From: Nymphaea colorata
Lineage: Eukaryota
Reading direction: 5' to 3'
Assembly: GCF_008831285.2 (NCBI RefSeq)
Contig: NC_045138.2
Location: 35,154,001 to 35,218,000 of the forward strand
DNA length: 64,000 nucleotides
Below, in pieces: positions 62,901 through 64,000 of this stretch. Made by a program: the position numbers and the translations under genes. Each line of letters starts with the position of its first letter. Position 1 is the stretch's first letter. The notes under the pieces are model-generated. The model saw only the letters and a program-made list of their open reading frames with translations. It was not told the DNA's origin and ran no database searches.

Positions 62901-64000
62901 TCCATTAGCTAGGTTCATCTCCAAGGATTGCACCTGATCAAGTTAGCATCTCTACTACAGCAAGTAAGACATCTTGCAGCCTCCCTCGCTGCAACCATCT
63001 CCCGACATCTTTCTAGGCGCCAAGGTGACCTCGGCCAGGTGGGCCAAGCCCCTGCCTCCATTCGGGTGCTCCTCCGTGACTTTGCTGTCTCTCTTGGCCG
63101 ACCAAGGCCTGCAGCAGCCATACACCATCCATTTCTGTTGTCGTGATCCTCCATCACTCTCGGCAGTTCTTGCTAGAAGACCAGGCGGGTCTAACCTCCA
63201 CTCCACCTCCTTGCTGTGATATCCAAGAGTGGCTGAGCCACTGGTTTTCTCTCAGATCCTATTACTGTTTAAGCTGACCTCTCATCGGCTAGGTAACTTC
63301 TAAACATCCTACAGAACGGGGTTATTGGGTGCATTTGCTTTCTAAGCCAGGCTCTAGCCATTTGCTACTGTCGGTAGTCCCTCCAAGGCACCTTACCAAA
63401 GACACGGCTGCGAGTAGCTAGACCACCAAAGGGAAAGGGCATGGTTTGGCCGTTTTTAGGGATTGTATGAATGGTTTGTGAATGAATGATGAGTGAGTTG
63501 TGAGAGTTAAATCTGTATCGCTCACGTTTGTACAAGCCTTAATCCCCTCAGTTTTGTAATAGGATTGAAGACTTGGGCCAGGGAAAACATACTTGTATCT
63601 TATACCCAGGGTACTATTAAGCCGGAGTTGCTGTCCGACGGGAAAAGTTTTGTAAATATAATTTGCTTAAATTTGGACTTTAGGCTCCCGTGAGTTGATC
63701 CTGAACTTGGGATCTAATCTCGGGCTTTGAAATCGCTAGCCGGGTCTAGGTTCCCACCAAGATCCTGGTTATGAATATGCTATAAGGTATCTCTTATTTA
63801 AAGCAAAAGTAAATTTGCTTGATTTTTGTTACCCTTGCTACTGTTCATTACAAATGATGGACGCACATTATGCTCTTATATATCTCATAATGTGGTTCAA
63901 CTAAATGACGACCTTCTTTGTTCGTTTAGGTTCAATAGTTTATGTCTTCTGCCATGAATGCCAATAGCAGGGAGGGTGTGTTGGTTTTCATGCATAAATG
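59917..64000 (+). pseudogene. Decayed duplicate of 44328-45210 (exon 4 and flanking introns of the membrane-protein gene), split by a solo LTR
   Basis: 59917-60472 aligns with 44328 onward (e.g. GTGGACCATCCTGACACTT, TTGAAGTCCCATA, AATAATTTTTGAAAACAATATTTGGCTTA) and 63765-64000 continues the alignment (CCTTGCTACTGTTCATT, GGTTCAACTAAATG, TAGTTTATGTCTTCTGCC). The duplicated exon has a 1-nt deletion near its start. Confidence 0.85.
60473..63759. mobile_element. Large (3287 bp) non-coding TG...CA insertion, probably a solo LTR of a Ty3/gypsy element
   Basis: Starts TGATG and ends CACCA, with perfect 5-bp TSD AGATC (60468-60472, 63760-63764). It interrupts the duplicated segment exactly, has no retroelement ORFs, and contains 25-bp (60783-60834) and 45-bp (61910-62000) tandem dimers. 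Confidence 0.75.

Noticed and set aside
60390..63219. ORFs inside the 3.3 kb insertion (60390-60767, 62915-63219 and others)
   Set aside because: No gag, pol or other recognisable motifs; consistent with GC-rich LTR sequence.

Overview
Flowering-plant nuclear DNA (spliceosomal introns, plant gene families, plant transposons). I can support seven host genes: a three-exon PSY-type sulfated-peptide precursor that the ORF track misses (13204-14990), cytosolic pyruvate kinase (28257-31338), a zinc-ribbon/RING-H2 E3 ligase (33194-32142), the complex I assembly factor CIA30/NDUFAF1 (41533-36625), a divergent conserved uncharacterised membrane protein (from 42367), RHIP1 (49938-54288, with a GC-AG intron) and a PLS-DYW PPR editing factor (56968-59664). 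The most unusual part is 1-8.5 kb. A dead hAT element and a 5'-truncated inverted copy sit head to head, and the 5' and 3' termini that share one target-site duplication lie on opposite strands. The element also carries captured exons of a host PGAP1-like gene (Pack-hAT). Other TSD-bounded elements are a full-length degenerate copia, a three-LTR TRIM, three solo LTRs and two non-autonomous hAT elements. A decayed duplicate of one exon of the membrane-protein gene lies near the window end. Family assignments come from recalled motifs and identities from by-eye comparison; no searches were run.
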